Shown here: piece after piece, positions 1 to 12,619 of the stretch
How the letters are laid out: each line of letters starts with the position of its first letter
How positions within the stretch are numbered: position 1 is the first letter of the stretch
The notes under the pieces: model-generated
Seen by the model: only the letters and a program-made list of their open reading frames with translations
Told to the model about the DNA's origin: nothing
Databases searched by the model: none
Translations under genes and position numbers: made by a program
Assembly (NCBI RefSeq): GCF_004010195.1
Contig: NC_057719.1
Location: forward strand, 4,827,794 to 4,891,793
From: Chiloscyllium plagiosum
Lineage: Eukaryota
Reading direction: 5' to 3'
Length of the DNA: 64,000 nt

Positions 1-304
1 GATAGAGGTTTATAAGATGATCAGGGGAATAGATAGAGTAGACAGTCAGAGACTTTTTCCCCGGGGACATAAATTTAAGGTGAAGGGTGGAAGGTATAGG
101 GGGGATGTCAGGGATAGGTTCTTTACCCAGAGAGTGGTGGGGGCATGGAATGCGCTGTCTGTGGGAGTGGCAGAGTCAGAATCATTGGTGACCTTTAAGC
201 GGCAATTGGATAGGTACATGGATAGGTGTTTAAGCTAGGACAAATGTTCAGCACAACATTGTGGGCCAAAGGGCCTGTTCTGTGCTGTATTGTTCTATGT
301 TCTA
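1..304 (+). mobile_element. CR1 LINE 3' end
   Basis: ORF2 C-terminus (RGHKFKV..RFFTQRVVGAWNAL..FKRQLD), 3' UTR GGGCCAAAGGGCCTGTT and TTCTATG tail. Confidence 0.9.
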
Positions 305-589
305 ACCATGACAATACCCAATCTAGTACCAGTTCTATGTTCTAACCATGACAATACCCAATCTAGTACCAGATCAGTTGGACATAGATCTGTCTTAAAT
401 TAAAGTTCTTTGTTTTTGCAAAGTCTTTGCGTATGTTCCTTTACCACTCAGAGATAAGAGAAAGAGAAATCTCGCTTGCAGGTTTTGTTTTGAAAGTCTG
501 AGGCCTGCCATTTTGTCAATGACAAAGTGTATTTAAACAAATTCGCAAGCTGTTTTGGACAGTTCCTCTTTTTTTTTTGGAAAGACACT

Positions 590-830
590 TTTTTTCACTC
601 ATGGGATGTGGGTGTCACTGGCTGGGCCAGCATTTATTACCCATCCCCAGTTGCCCTTGAGAAGGTGGGGATGAGCTGCCTTCTTGAACCGCTATAGTCC
701 ATGTGCTGTAGCTTAACCCACAATGCCCTTAGGGAGGGAATTCCAGAATTTAGACCTAGCAACAGTGGAAGAATGGCAATGTATTTCCAAGCTAGGATGG
801 TGAGAAGCTAGAGGGGAGCTTGTATGTGGT
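590..830 (-). mobile_element. LINE 3' end sharing its tail with the second SINE family
   Basis: Reverse strand reads ...GGGATGGGTAATAAATGCTGGCCCAGCCAGTGACACCCACATCCCATGAGTGAA, the same tail as the SINE copies at 49073-49430 and 38110-38405. Confidence 0.6.
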
Positions 831-1647
831 TCAATGGACTTCCCTTGCAAATTCCCGTGTTCGGAATGAAGATGTTCCACTTTGTGACAATGTACACACT
901 TTGGCCTATGACTCCATTTCTACCCTCAGGACTTTTCTTTCTGATCTGAGGGGGACAACATGGCCATTCCCAGTTTTTCTATCTCCACCCTGGCTACTTA
1001 CTTTCCCATGTTCTATCCTTCTCAGGTTTCCCTGGATGACAGTAAGGATGGTTTAGTTTTATGGAAACACTCATAATCATCAGCCGTTCCTGCTGCCTGT
1101 CTCACAAATGCAACCCTTGGTCTTCAACATCAGCTCTCAATCCAAATTCTAATTAAAGGTACTGAGTTTTTCAATTCCTTTAAAAAAAACATATCTCTGC
1201 ATGCATCATATGTGGTATTTACTCCCAGTGCCTGTGCACACCAGTCACAATCACATAGTTTTACTATTCAATGTAGTTTCCTTAAACTTCAATATGCTTG
1301 AGGACCTGACTTTACACACCCAGGATAGTATGTTATGCAGCATCGTAACTCCTACAAACTCCATCTGATGGTAAGGTATAAATTTCATGGGCTCTACCTG
1401 TCAACTTGCTCTGCATGTCCAGTTTTCCATCATCCATTTCATTTGTTTTGCTACCTTTTCAAATGACATAAAGAATGATTCCACATCAGTTTCCTCAAAC
1501 TCCTTCCACTGTTTCTGTTTGATCACGTGGGCTTGTTGGAGATGCTTAAAGTGGTTGACATATTTACCATTGCCTCTCCAGTTTGTACAAATTTAAATAT
1601 TTCCTTACTGGACTTTAGACTATAGCTAGGCTTTTCCTCATCAGAGC

Positions 1648-2194
1648 TGAAAATGTGTTGCCGGAAAAGCGCAGCAGGTCAGGCAGCATCCAAGGAACAG
1701 GAGAATCGACGTTTCGGGCATTAGCCCTTCTTCAGAAAGTGTGTCCAGCAGGCTAAGATAAAAGGTAGGGAGGAAGGACTTGGGGGAGGGGCGTTGGAAT
1801 TGCGATAGGTGGATGGAGGTCAAGGTGAGTGTGATAGGCCGGAGTGGGGTGGGGGCGGAGAGGTCAGGAAGAAGATTGCAGGTTAGGAAGGCGGTGCTGA
1901 GTTCGAGGGATTTGACTGAGACAAGGTGGGGGGAGGGGAAATGAGGAAACTGGAGAAATCTGAGTTCATGGGGTGTTGGGTTGGTTGGTAGAGGTGTCCC
2001 AGAGGTGTTCTCTGAAACGTTCCGCAAGTAGGCGGCCTGTCTTCCCAATATAGAGGAGGCCACATCGGGTGCAGCGGATGCAATAGATGATGTGTGTGGA
2101 GGTGCAGGTGAATTTGTGGCGGATATGGAAGTGTCCCTTGGGGCCTTGGAGGGAAGTAAGGGGGAAGATGTGGGCGCAAGTTTTGCATTTTGCT
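1648..2194 (-). mobile_element. Penelope-like element fragment (GIY-YIG endonuclease plus terminal repeat)
   Basis: Minus frame reads KFTCTSTHIIYCIRCTRCGLLYIGKTGRLLAERFREHL; flanked by 16-bp TSD TTTTCCTCATCAGAGC (1632-1647, 2195-2210). Confidence 0.85.
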
Positions 2195-2406
2195 TTTTCC
2201 TCATCAGAGCCTTCTTCAACTGAACCTTATTTTTAAAGCAAACTTCTAAGTTAGTTTTTTTTATTGTGCATGTGTCTGAGTGAGTTGGTATGCATATGTG
2301 TGAATGAGTGTTTGTGACTGAGAATGTGGGTGTGTGTGTGTGGATGTGAATGAATCTTTGTAAGTATGGATGAGTGAGTAAGTGTGTGTACCTGTGTGAA
2401 TTACTG

Positions 2407-3112
2407 TGTGAGTCGGAGAAATTTGCCCAATAGGTTAGAGATCACGAAACACAGCTCAAAGTGAAATTTACAAACAGTTTATTGCAAGCGATATCGCTGG
2501 AAGAGAAACAGACTAGGCTGACACAGCACTGACAGCCTGTACAGGTAGATTAGATTTCTCTTCCCAGAGTTGAGGACGAGACCAGTTTTATAGTAATGCT
2601 GCACAATGACACTGATTAAGAAATGGGAAACTACAATGTTTCTGGAAATGGACTAATTTAGTTTCACGGATGCTAATTGGAAAACAGTTATCGGATGAAT
2701 GTCCTGTTCCTTCACACAATGCAACATCCTGACAGTATCATAGTTCCATTCATCTTCACAGGTAGGTGTTAATGTCTCCTCTGAAGTGGTGAGGTGCTTC
2801 CATTGTCCTGTTCCTGGAGCATGTCCTTGCTGGTGCCTGTCTGTCTGTCCTGCTCTTTGTGTGGCTTTGGTATTGCTGGCTTGTGAAACACAGGAATACT
2901 GATGAAGGGCTTTTGCCCGAAACGTCGATTTTACTGCTCCTCGGATGTTGCCTGAACTGCTGAGCTTTTCCAGCACCACTCTAATCTAGACTCTTAAAGT
3001 GTATTCCCTTGTCTGCGTGCTGTTTGATTCGGCTTGTGAGCTGCTCGGGAATTCTGGGTGTTCTGGTACAGTTTAGCCAATTTTGCTTTTGTGGGCCTAT
3101 CGTGCGTTCACA
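2407..3112 (-). mobile_element. Possible solo LTR with a nested Penelope-type end (~2890-2995)
   Basis: TGTGA...TCACA termini, minus-strand TATAAAA (~2585) and AATAAA (~2478); no TSD found. Confidence 0.3.
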
Positions 3113-3914
3113 AATCTTTTCCCTGTGTGTGTGTGTATGTTAGTTCTTGTTGCCATATTTATCCAGTGAGAATGAGATACGCTTGCGCTCTGGTGAAAGG
3201 TCACTGACCTTAAACATTAACCCTGTTTTTCTCTCTCCTTAGATGCTGCCAGACCTGTTGAGTGTTTCCAGACTCCTTCAGTTTTCAACTCACAAGTCAG
3301 CATTCAGAATATTTTGATTTGTGTTGGGATTTTTTTTGGAGCTGAATTATCTTTCTGCCAGATCTGAGATTAACATCAACCTCAATCCCACCTCCCAATG
3401 GAATTCTGTTCTGCCTCATCACTTGGTCAAAGACAACACATTTATTAAGGAGACAAAATTGGAACCAAACCACTTTCAGCAAATTATGGGACAATGCTCT
3501 TAAAGTCTGATGATTTGAATATAACCTCCCATGGATTTTCTGTCAGACATTTCACATCTGCATTTACTTCTCATGAACGCTGTCTTCATTCAGTCAATAC
3601 CATAAATTATTTTAAAATAGTAGATGGTTTAAGTGGGGTGAGGAACCGCTGTAATTAAATGCCTTCAGAGGCACTCTAATCATCTCAACAACCAATTAGA
3701 GAATTATGGCTCAATCTCCCTCAGACATGTTTCTGTGAGAATTTTCTTTCGCTTTTAATAGGATGTTGTCAATTCCTGCCTTGCATTTGGTTGGAATATA
3801 GAAGTCCAGAATTTTGAAGAAAAGTGCCAGAATACTGCTGTGTGCAGTAGCAGCTTTCTCAACCATTGACATATTTACTTAGAGTAACCGTTAAAGTATA
3901 ATCAATGAATGTAT

Positions 3915-4250
3915 TAGATTAGATTACATTTCATTACAGTGTGGAAACAGGCCCTTCAGCCCAACAAGTCCACACCGACCCGCCGAAGCGCAACCCACCC
4001 ATACCCCTACATTTACCCCTTACCTAACACTACGGGCAATTTAGCATGGCCAATTCACCTAACCTGCACATCTTTGGACTGTGGGAGGAAACCGGAGCAC
4101 CCGGAAGAAACCCACACAGACACGGGGAGAATGTGCAAACTCCACACAGTCAGTCGCCTGAGGATGGAATTGAACCCGGGTCTCCGGCGCTGTGAGGCAG
4201 CAGTGCTAACCACTGTGCGGCAGCAGTGCTAACCACCGTGCCGCCCACAC
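3915..4250 (-). mobile_element. V-SINE (HE1-like)
   Basis: tRNA-like head GGCACGGTGGTTAGCACTGCTGCC, V-domain TGTGTGGAGTTTGCACATTCTCCCCGTG, CR1-type tail; head segment locally duplicated. Confidence 0.85.
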
Positions 4251-4264
4251 TGTAATGTAATTTC

Positions 4265-4825
4265 CACGCTGTAATGTAATCTAATCTAGACCCTTCAGTC
4301 CAACCAGGCCAAGCGGGACATAATCCCAAATTAAACTCGTCCCACCTGCCTGCTCCTGGCCTATGTCCCTCCAAACCTTTCCTATTCATGTACTTACCCA
4401 AATATCTTTTAAATGTTATAATTGTATTCACAGCCACCACTTCCCCGGGATATTCATTCCTCATGCAAACCACCATCTGTGTTTTAAAAAAAAGTTGCCC
4501 CTCATGTCTTTTTGAAATCTCTCTCCTCTCACCTTAAAAATTTGCCCCCAATCATGAAATAGCCCCATCCGAGGGAAAAGACAGCTACCATTATTAACTA
4601 TACCCCTCATTATTTTATAACTTTTATAAGGTCCTCTCTCAATCTCCTGCGCTCCAGTGAGAAATGTCCCAGCCTATCCAACCTTTCTTTATAACTCAAA
4701 ACTTCCATACCCAGCAACATCCTTGAAAATCTCTTCTGACCCCTCTCCAGCTTAATAATATCCTTCTTATAACTAGGTGACCAAAATTGGACACAATATT
4801 CCAGAAGAGGCCTCACCAATGTCCA
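4265..4825 (-). mobile_element. CR1 LINE 3' fragment
   Basis: [17 protein letters not shown]...[11 protein letters not shown]. Confidence 0.88.
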
Positions 4826-5323
4826 TAATACATAGGATCAGAAATTAGGCCATTCAGCCCATCGTGACTCCTCTGCCATTCAATCATGGTTGGTAGGAAA
4901 ATGGGATTGAAAAACCTGCTTTCTCCCTCTAACCTTTACTGCAATGAAGGTGAGTCCTGTATGGTGTCCGATACAACCTCAACATGACTTCCTAACTCCT
5001 ATACTTGAAGGACTGAGCGATGAAGGCAAACATGCCAAATGCTATTTTAATCATCTTGTCTATTGTGATGCAAACTTCAAAGAATTATGTATCTTAATCC
5101 CTAGATCCCCCTCTTCTACAATATTACCCAAGGCCATTAATTATATAAGCCCTACCCTTGTTTGTTGTGCCAAAAAGCAATACTTCACATTTTTTCCAGA
5201 TTGAAATTCATCTGTCATTTTTCAGCCCATTGACCCATTTGATCAAGAACCCATTGTAATCTTAGAAAAACTTATTTATTGTCTGCTTTGCCACCAATTT
5301 TGCAATCTTACTAAGCAAACTTA

Positions 5324-5555
5324 GGTAAAAACAATGACTGCAGATGTTGGAAACCAGATTCTGGATTAGAGTGATGCTGGAAAAGCACAGCAGTTCAGGC
5401 AGCATCCGAGGAGCAGGAAAATCACATTTCGGGCAAAAACCCTTTCATCAGGAATACAGGCAGATTGCCTGAAGAGTGGAGAGATAAATAGAGTGGAGAG
5501 ATAACACCCTCCTCTCATTTATCTCTCCACTCTTCAGGCACTCTGCCTGTATTCC
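5324..5555. mobile_element. Short Penelope-type end insertion with internal hairpin
   Basis: 15-bp TSD TACTAAGCAAACTTA (5309-5323, 5556-5570); inverted repeat around 5452-5554. Confidence 0.75.
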
Positions 5556-5596
5556 TACTAAGCAAACTTACTCTATTCTCATCTAAATCATCTTTA

Positions 5597-6065
5597 TGGG
5601 TGGCACAGTGGCTCAGTAGTTAGCACTGCTGCCTCATAGCACCAGGAACCTGAGTTCAATTCCCACCTTGGGCGACTGTCTGCGTGGAGTTTGCACATTC
5701 TCGCAGTGTCTGCGTGGGTTTCGTCCGGGTGCTCCAGTTTCCTCTCAATCCAAAGATGTGCAGGTCAGGTGAATTGGCCATGCTAAGTTGCCTGTAGTAT
5801 TAGGTGCATTAGTCAGAGGGAAATAGGTCAAGGTGAGTTATTCTTTGGAGGGTCGGTGTGGACTTGTTGGGCCGAAGAATTAGTGTGGAAGCAGACCATT
5901 TCACCCCGTCCAGTCAACATTGATCCTCCAAAGAGTATCTCATCCAGACCCTATAACCGGGCATTTACCATGGCTAACTTGCCTAGCATGTGCATCCCTG
6001 GACTGTGGGAGGAAACTGGAACATACAGTGGAAACCCACACAGACATGGGGAGGATGTGCAAGCA
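5597..6065. mobile_element. Two V-SINE copies tail-to-tail (+ 5597-5880, - 5880-6065)
   Basis: HE1-like head and V-domain on +, followed by a reverse-complement 3' half. Confidence 0.75.
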
Positions 6066-6557
6066 ACAATGTATGTTCCAAGCAGACACAACTGTGTCCC
6101 TGTACTCTGTGTGCGTCCCATAGTGGCCAGTCCTGTATGATACCCTGCAATAACATTGTGCTCTGGAAGTACATGGGGCAGGAAATACTTGGAGCAGGAA
6201 ATACTTGGAGAGATGGGTGGGTTGTTCAAGGATTTTTTTTAAGCAATCTTCCCACTATTTCTGATGACTGTGTGGGCCAGTCAGAGATGCTCAAAATGGT
6301 TTTACACATTTGCCGATGCTTCTCCAGTTTGGATAGTCTTAACCAGGAGTCACACAACACCAAGTTATAGTCCAACAGGTTTATTTGAAATCAAGCTTTC
6401 AGAGCACTGCTCCTTCATCAGGTGAAGTGGAGGGAAGCACATAGACATAGAATTTATATGCAGATAAATAATGGCAAGATAATTCCAGGTAATTAAGAAT
6501 GTCACAAGATAAGTACAAAGAAGTGCCACCTAGGCTGATAGTACTATTAAGAAGGTA

Positions 6558-6759
6558 CAACGTTAAAAATCACACAACACCAGGTTATAGTCCAACAGGT
6601 TTAATTGGAAGCACACTAGCTTTCGGAGCGACGCTCCTTCATCAGGGAAGGAGCGTCGCTCCGAAACCTAGTGTGCTTCTAATTAAACCTGTTGGACTAT
6701 AACCTGGTGTTGTGTGATTTTTAACTTTGTACACCCCAGTCCAACACCGGCATCTCCGA
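6558..6759. mobile_element. Palindromic Penelope-type end inserted in a CR1
   Basis: 79-bp arms (6562-6640, 6647-6725); 12-bp TSD ATTAAGAAGGTA (6546-6557, 6760-6771). Confidence 0.8.
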
Positions 6760-7385
6760 ATTAAGAAGGTATACGGTGTGTTAGGTTATATTGGTAGAGG
6801 GATTGAGTTCCGGAGCTGCAATATCATGCTGCAACTATATAAAATGCTAGTGAGGCCACGCTTCAAATATTATGTACAGTTCTGGTCGCCATATTTCTGG
6901 AAGGATGTGGAAGCATTGGAAAAGGTGCAGAGGAGATTTACCAGGATGTTGCCTGGTCTGAAGGGAAGGTCCTATGAGGAAAGGCTGAGAGACTTTGGTC
7001 TGTTCTCATTGGAAAGAAGAAGACTAAGAGGGGATTTGATAGAGACATAGAAGATGATCAGAGGATTAGATAGGGTAGACAGTGAAAGTCTTTTTCCTAG
7101 GATGATGATGTCAGCTTGTACGAAGAGGCATAACTACAAATTGCGGGGTGATATATTTAAGACAGATGTCAGAGACCGGTTCTTTACTCAGAGAGTGGTA
7201 AGGGCGTGGAATACCCTACCTGCTAATGTAGTCAACTCAGCCACATTAGGGAGATTTAAACAACCCTTGGATAAGCACATGGATGATGATGGGATAGTGT
7301 AGGGGGATGAGCTGAGAGTAGTTTACAGGTCGGCGCAGCATCAAGGGCTGAAGAGCCTGTTCTGCGCTGTATTGTTCTATGTTCT
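6760..7385 (+). mobile_element. CR1 LINE 3' fragment
   Basis: LYKMLVRPRFKYYVQFWSPY..LEKVQRRFTRMLPGL..FFTQRVVRAWN; TTCTATG tail. Confidence 0.9.
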
Positions 7386-7595
7386 GAATAGAGGACCAAC
7401 AGGCAACACAGAATCGCTGAGCAGAACTGATAGCCAAGTTCCATTCTCATGAAGACAGTCTTAACTGTGATCTTGGGTTCTTGTCATGCTACATATAACC
7501 CCATCATACTATTCTATGTAAAATCTTCCTCACTGTTCTGTTTTGACACTATCACTTTGATTGCTTGTTATTATCTCTCTAGTTTGTACTGTTTT

Positions 7596-7837
7596 GGTAA
7601 AAACAATGACTGCAGATGCTGGAAACCAGATTCTGGATCAATGGTGCTGGAAGAGCACAGCTTTTATTCCTGATGAAGGGCTTTTGCCCGAAACGTCGAT
7701 TTCGCAGCTCGTTGGATGCTGCCTGAACTGCTGTGGCTTTTATTCCTGATGAAGGGCTTTTGCCCGAAACGTCGATTTCGCTGCTCGTTGGATGCTGCCT
7801 GAACTGCTGTGCTCTTCCAGCACCATTGATCCAGAAT
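7596..7837. mobile_element. Penelope-type inverted cassette with two tandem hammerhead-like cores
   Basis: Perfect 31-bp inverted repeat (7630-7660, 7807-7837), 76-bp tandem duplication, TSD TTTGTACTGTTTT(GG). Confidence 0.8.
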
Positions 7838-8559
7838 TTGTACTGTTTTGGATGACTTGTTACTTTGGTTAGAAGCCTGTCATGCGACTCTTATACTTGT
7901 CATGTTATTCCAGCCATTTAGTTTGCCTCTAGAACCATCTTATTTTTGATTTCTTTGTAATTATTGCTTTGCCTTAATTAATCAGATTATAAATCATCCC
8001 TTCACTTGCTGTTCAGCTATTAACACTGTACTCACACCATTTGACACCTTTGTTCACCTGCAAAGACTTGTTATTTAGCCTGTTGACATTCCACTCACAA
8101 TTTGACACTCTCAATTACCTGGAATTATCTTGCCATTATTTCTTTGCATATAAATTCTGTGCCTGTGCACTTCCCTCCATTTCAGCTGATGAAGGAGCAG
8201 CGTTTCGAAAGCTTGTGGTTTCAAATAAACTAGCTGGATGGTAACCTGGTGTTGTGTGACTTCTGACTTTGTCCACCAAAGTTCAACACCGGCATCTCCA
8301 TATCATAAACTGTCTTAGGCTAGAGATAACTCTGATATTGCAGTAGGAGAAAGTGAGGACTGAAGATCAGAGTCAAGAGTGTGGTGCTGGAAAAGCATAG
8401 CAGGTCAGGCAGCATCTGAGGAGCAGAAAAAGGGCTTTTGCCTGAAACGTCAATTCTCCTGCTGCTCGGGTGCTGCCTGACATTGCAGTGCCTATCGTGC
8501 CACTTGTGCTGCTTGTCAGATTTTGTAGAAGCATCACTGGTGATATTTCTCCAAGGACT

Positions 8560-9640
8560 GGAGCTGTCTGCTGGACGTTGTCCATGTCTCTAACTCATTT
8601 GGGAGAGTAGGTTACATTGTGACCCTGCACGCCATGAGCTTGGTGCTGGGTTTGCAGTCTTTGGCATCAAGGACTCTTTTTTTTTTTCCTCGGATGGCCA
8701 CTGGAAGTGATGTTAAACTTCATCATGAATGTCTACCCTCACTGAGAGGTGTCATCCAAAGTACAGGAATTGATCCACGTTGGCCAATAGTTCGCTAGGG
8801 ATCTTGATCACTGGGTTTGGCGGGATAGGGGTGATGTGGGGCTGAGGGGGGTGAACAGTGTTGTGAGGCAGGAGCAGGCTGGAAGAGGAGCTTTGTTCTC
8901 TGGATGTTTAGCCTAAGACCCATTCCTCCATACAGCTGTGAGAAGGTGTCAATGATGGTTTGAAGCCCAGTCACTGAGTGTGCGTGCACACAAGCATCAT
9001 CTGTGTACTGAAACTTGACAACAGAGGCTGGGGTTGTCCTGGGTGTGGACTGGGGGTGGCACAAGTTTCCAAGTTGTCCTGTAGAGAAACTCCACACCAG
9101 TGAGAAACAACATGGAGATGGGGTGGAGTTGGTCAGTAAGGAAGACAGAGAAGAGGATTAGTGCAATGACACAGCCTTACCCAATCCTGTTTTAGGGTCT
9201 GTTAGTGAGGGTTACGGGTTGGTTGTCATGCAGCCAATGAAGGACGGAGATAGGTTTCTGTACAGAGCCATGTTTCAGGAGGATGTTCCATAATCCCTCA
9301 TGTGTGACAAGGACTGAAGCCTTTGTGATGTCAAAGAAGACAATGAAGAAAGACTGCTTCTGTTCTTGGCACTTTCCTTAGATGTGTCCTGCTGTGAAGA
9401 TCATATCCACGGTGCCTCTTGATGAATGGAATCTGGATTATGAACCAGGAGATCTTTAGCTACTGGGTGGAGGTGATAGAGGAGTTTTGCAATGACCTTC
9501 CCTCTGGCAATAAACAAGAAGACCCCTCTGTAATTGCTGCAGTCACTTCTCTTTTCTGAATAAGGTCATAATCAGATGTCTCAGAGATTCATTAGCATGC
9601 TCTCTCCCTTCCGAATCAGGTTGATGAGGTCGTCAATGAC
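8560..9640 (-). mobile_element. Degenerate RTE-clade LINE reverse transcriptase fragment
   Basis: Minus ORF VVKFQYTDDACVHAHS..LQTIIDTFSQLY..MGLRLNIQRTKLLFQPAP, typical of the RTE/BovB RT YADD region. Confidence 0.7.
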
Positions 9641-10189
9641 TACACAGATGAGGAGTAATTACCTCTTTCGAAGGATCATGGAATCTGTGGAAATTCACAA
9701 ACCCAGAACATGGAGTTGCAGCCATGAGATCAGCCATCATTGTATTAAATGGCAGATCAGACTGGAGGGCTGAATGGCCTTCTGCTCCTAGTTCTAGAGG
9801 GAATAAGACCATCACAAATAGGAGCAGAAGTAGGCTATTCAACTCTTTGAACCCCTGTTCAATGAAAATATGACTGATTTTCTACTTTGGCCCAGGCTTC
9901 CAACTTTATCCCCATATCCCTGGATGATTTTAACACTTAGAAATCTATCACTCTCGGTCTTGAATGTACACAACAATTTCAAGTAGAGAATTCCAAAGAT
10001 TCACTACCTATGAATGAAGAAATTCCTCCTCATCTCCATCTACAGGAAATAACACAGGTGTGGGGCACTTTCCTGGAAACTAAAGGAAACAATGCATGAT
10101 GGTTTCTGTGCCATACGTTATAGTTCAGCAGAGAGACTGCACTGATGGCCTTTTTTGGTCCTCTGTCAATGGATGGCCTTGTCCATAAG

Positions 10190-11420
10190 ATCACAAGACA
10201 TTGGAGGAGAATTAGGCCAATCAGCCTCTCAGGTCAGCTCCACCATTCAACCATGGCTGATATGTTTCTCAATCCCATTCTCTTGCTTTTCCCTCACCAC
10301 CTTTGATCCCCTTACTAATCAAGAACTGTTTTAAATATATTCATTTGGCCTCCACAGCCCTCTGCAGCAATGAATTCCACTAATTAACTACCCTCTAGCT
10401 GAAGAAATTCCTCCTTATCTCAGTATCTTCACTCTGATGTAATGCCCTTAGGAACTCCTACTAGTGGAAACACCTCCTCCACATCCACACTATCTAGTCC
10501 TCTCAGTGTTCTAGAAGTTTCAATCAGATCTCCCTTATCACAAGAAACAGGAGGAGGAGTAGGCCATTTGGCCCTCAAGCCTGCTCCGCCATTCATCTTC
10601 TCTACTTTTATCTGTTCCCGTCATAATTTGAATATGTTTCTATAAGATCCCCCCTCCCCCATTCTTGTGAATGTCAATGAATATAATCCCAGTTTACTCA
10701 GCCTCTCCCCATAAGCCAATCTAGTGAATCAATCTAGTGAACCTCCTCTGCACCCCCTCCAGTGTCAGTCCATCCTTTCTCAAGTAAGGAGACCAAAACT
10801 GCACGCAGTACTCCAGGTGTGGCCTCACCAGCACCCTGTATAGCTGCAACATAACCTCCCTGTTTTTAAACTCAATCTCTTCAGCAACGAAGGACAAAAT
10901 TCCATTTGCCTTCCTAATTACCTGTTGTACCTACAGATCAACCTCCTGCGACACCAAGGTCCCTCTGCATTGCAGCATGCTGCAACTTTTTACCATTCTA
11001 GTAATAATCATTTTTACTGTTACTCCTACCAAAATGGATGACTTCACACTTACTAATATTGTACTCCATCTGCCAGACCTTTGCCCACTCACTTAGACTA
11101 TCTACGTCCCTCTAAAAGTTTATCAGCCCTCTGCACACTTTGCCCTGCCACTCAGTATCATCCGCAAACTTTGACACCCTACATGTGGTCCCCAACTCCA
11201 AATCATCTATGTAAATTGTGAATAATTGTGGTCCTAACACTGATTCCTGAGGGACACCATTAGTCACTGATTGCCAACCAGAAATTCACTTGTTTATCCC
11301 CATTCTTTGCTTCCTGTTAGTTAATCAATCCTCTATTCATGTTACTAAATTGCCCATAACACCATGCATCTTTATCTTATGCAGCATTTTGTGTGACACC
11401 TTGTCAAATGCCTTTTAGAA
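10190..11420 (-). mobile_element. CR1 LINE fragments
   Basis: Reverse strand encodes degenerate VPQ.SVLGP, FADD and [13 protein letters not shown] motifs, plus CR1 3' UTRs. Confidence 0.8.
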
Positions 11421-11676
11421 ATAGAGTCATAGAGATATACAGCATGGAAACAGACCCTTCGGTCCAACCCATCCATGCCGACCAGACATCCCAACCCAAT
11501 CTAGTCCCACCTTCCAGCACCTGGCCCATATCCCTCCAAACCTTTCGGATAAGGGCAGCACGTGGATGGGAATGCCATCACCTCAGAGTCCCCTCTCCAT
11601 TGTGTGACCGTCACTGTCTTCAAATCCCGGAACTGCCCACTGAACAATGCTGGGGTACTGACACCACATTGTAGCA

Positions 11677-12100
11677 GGGAGGAGAAAGTGAGGACTGCAG
11701 ATGCTGGAGATCAGAGTCGAAGAGTGTGGTGCTGGAAAAGCCCAGCTGGTCAGGCAGCATCCCAGGATCAGGACAGTCGACGTTTCAGGCATAAGCCCTT
11801 CAAAAGGGTTGAGGCTTGTGGCCCAAGGGGGCTGAGAGATAAATGGAAGGGGGATGGGATTGTGATAGGTAAGTGAAGGTGGGGGTGAAGGTGATAGGGC
11901 AGAGAGGAGGGTGGAGCAGATCGGTAGGAAGGAAGATGGACAGCGAGGACAGTTCAAGAGGGTAGTGCCGAGTTGGAAGGTGGATCTGGGAAAAGGTGGG
12001 GAGAGGGGAAATGAGGAAACTGATGAAATTCACATTGATCCTTTGTGGTTGGAGGGGTCCAAGGTGAAAGATGAGGTGTTCTTTCTCCAGGCGGGTGACT
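11677..12100 (-). mobile_element. Penelope-like 3' end
   Basis: Same terminal sequence as 1648-1970 (GCTGGAAAAG..GGTCAGGCAGCATCC..GACGTTTC). Confidence 0.7.
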
Positions 12101-12619
12101 GGGTGACTGGGGTTTGGCGGTGAAGCATTGTAAATGCCTGCGACTGCTCAGGTGAAATTAAAACCATTAAGAAGAGAGGACAGAAATACACGAACAACAA
12201 CTGAAATAAACAGGGCACAAAAATTGTCCAAAACGCAAAGTATGCTGGGAATTCTGAGCCAAGACAGACACACAAGAGACAATTCTGCCCAGGGACAATC
12301 CTTGCAAGATTGTGAGGATATGGTGAGGACAGGATAGGAGTGAGAGAACCTGCACAGTTACCGCCTTTGCTGTTTGAATTCGTGTATCGCTGGACATCGG
12401 AGTGCATCTGGGAAAATTAACAAACAGTGAAATTCACAACTAATCTTGGAGGAACTGTTGGGCAAAGTTCATAGCACAGAATCAGATAAGTTAATTGTTG
12501 TTTTAAGTCTGTCCAATAGAAAGGCTGCAGTAGTGGGTACAGTGGATTCTTTCTTCATTATATGTTTTTGGGGATAAGTCTCTTGATTAAACTTAAAATA
12601 GAAGCCATAGCTATTAATT

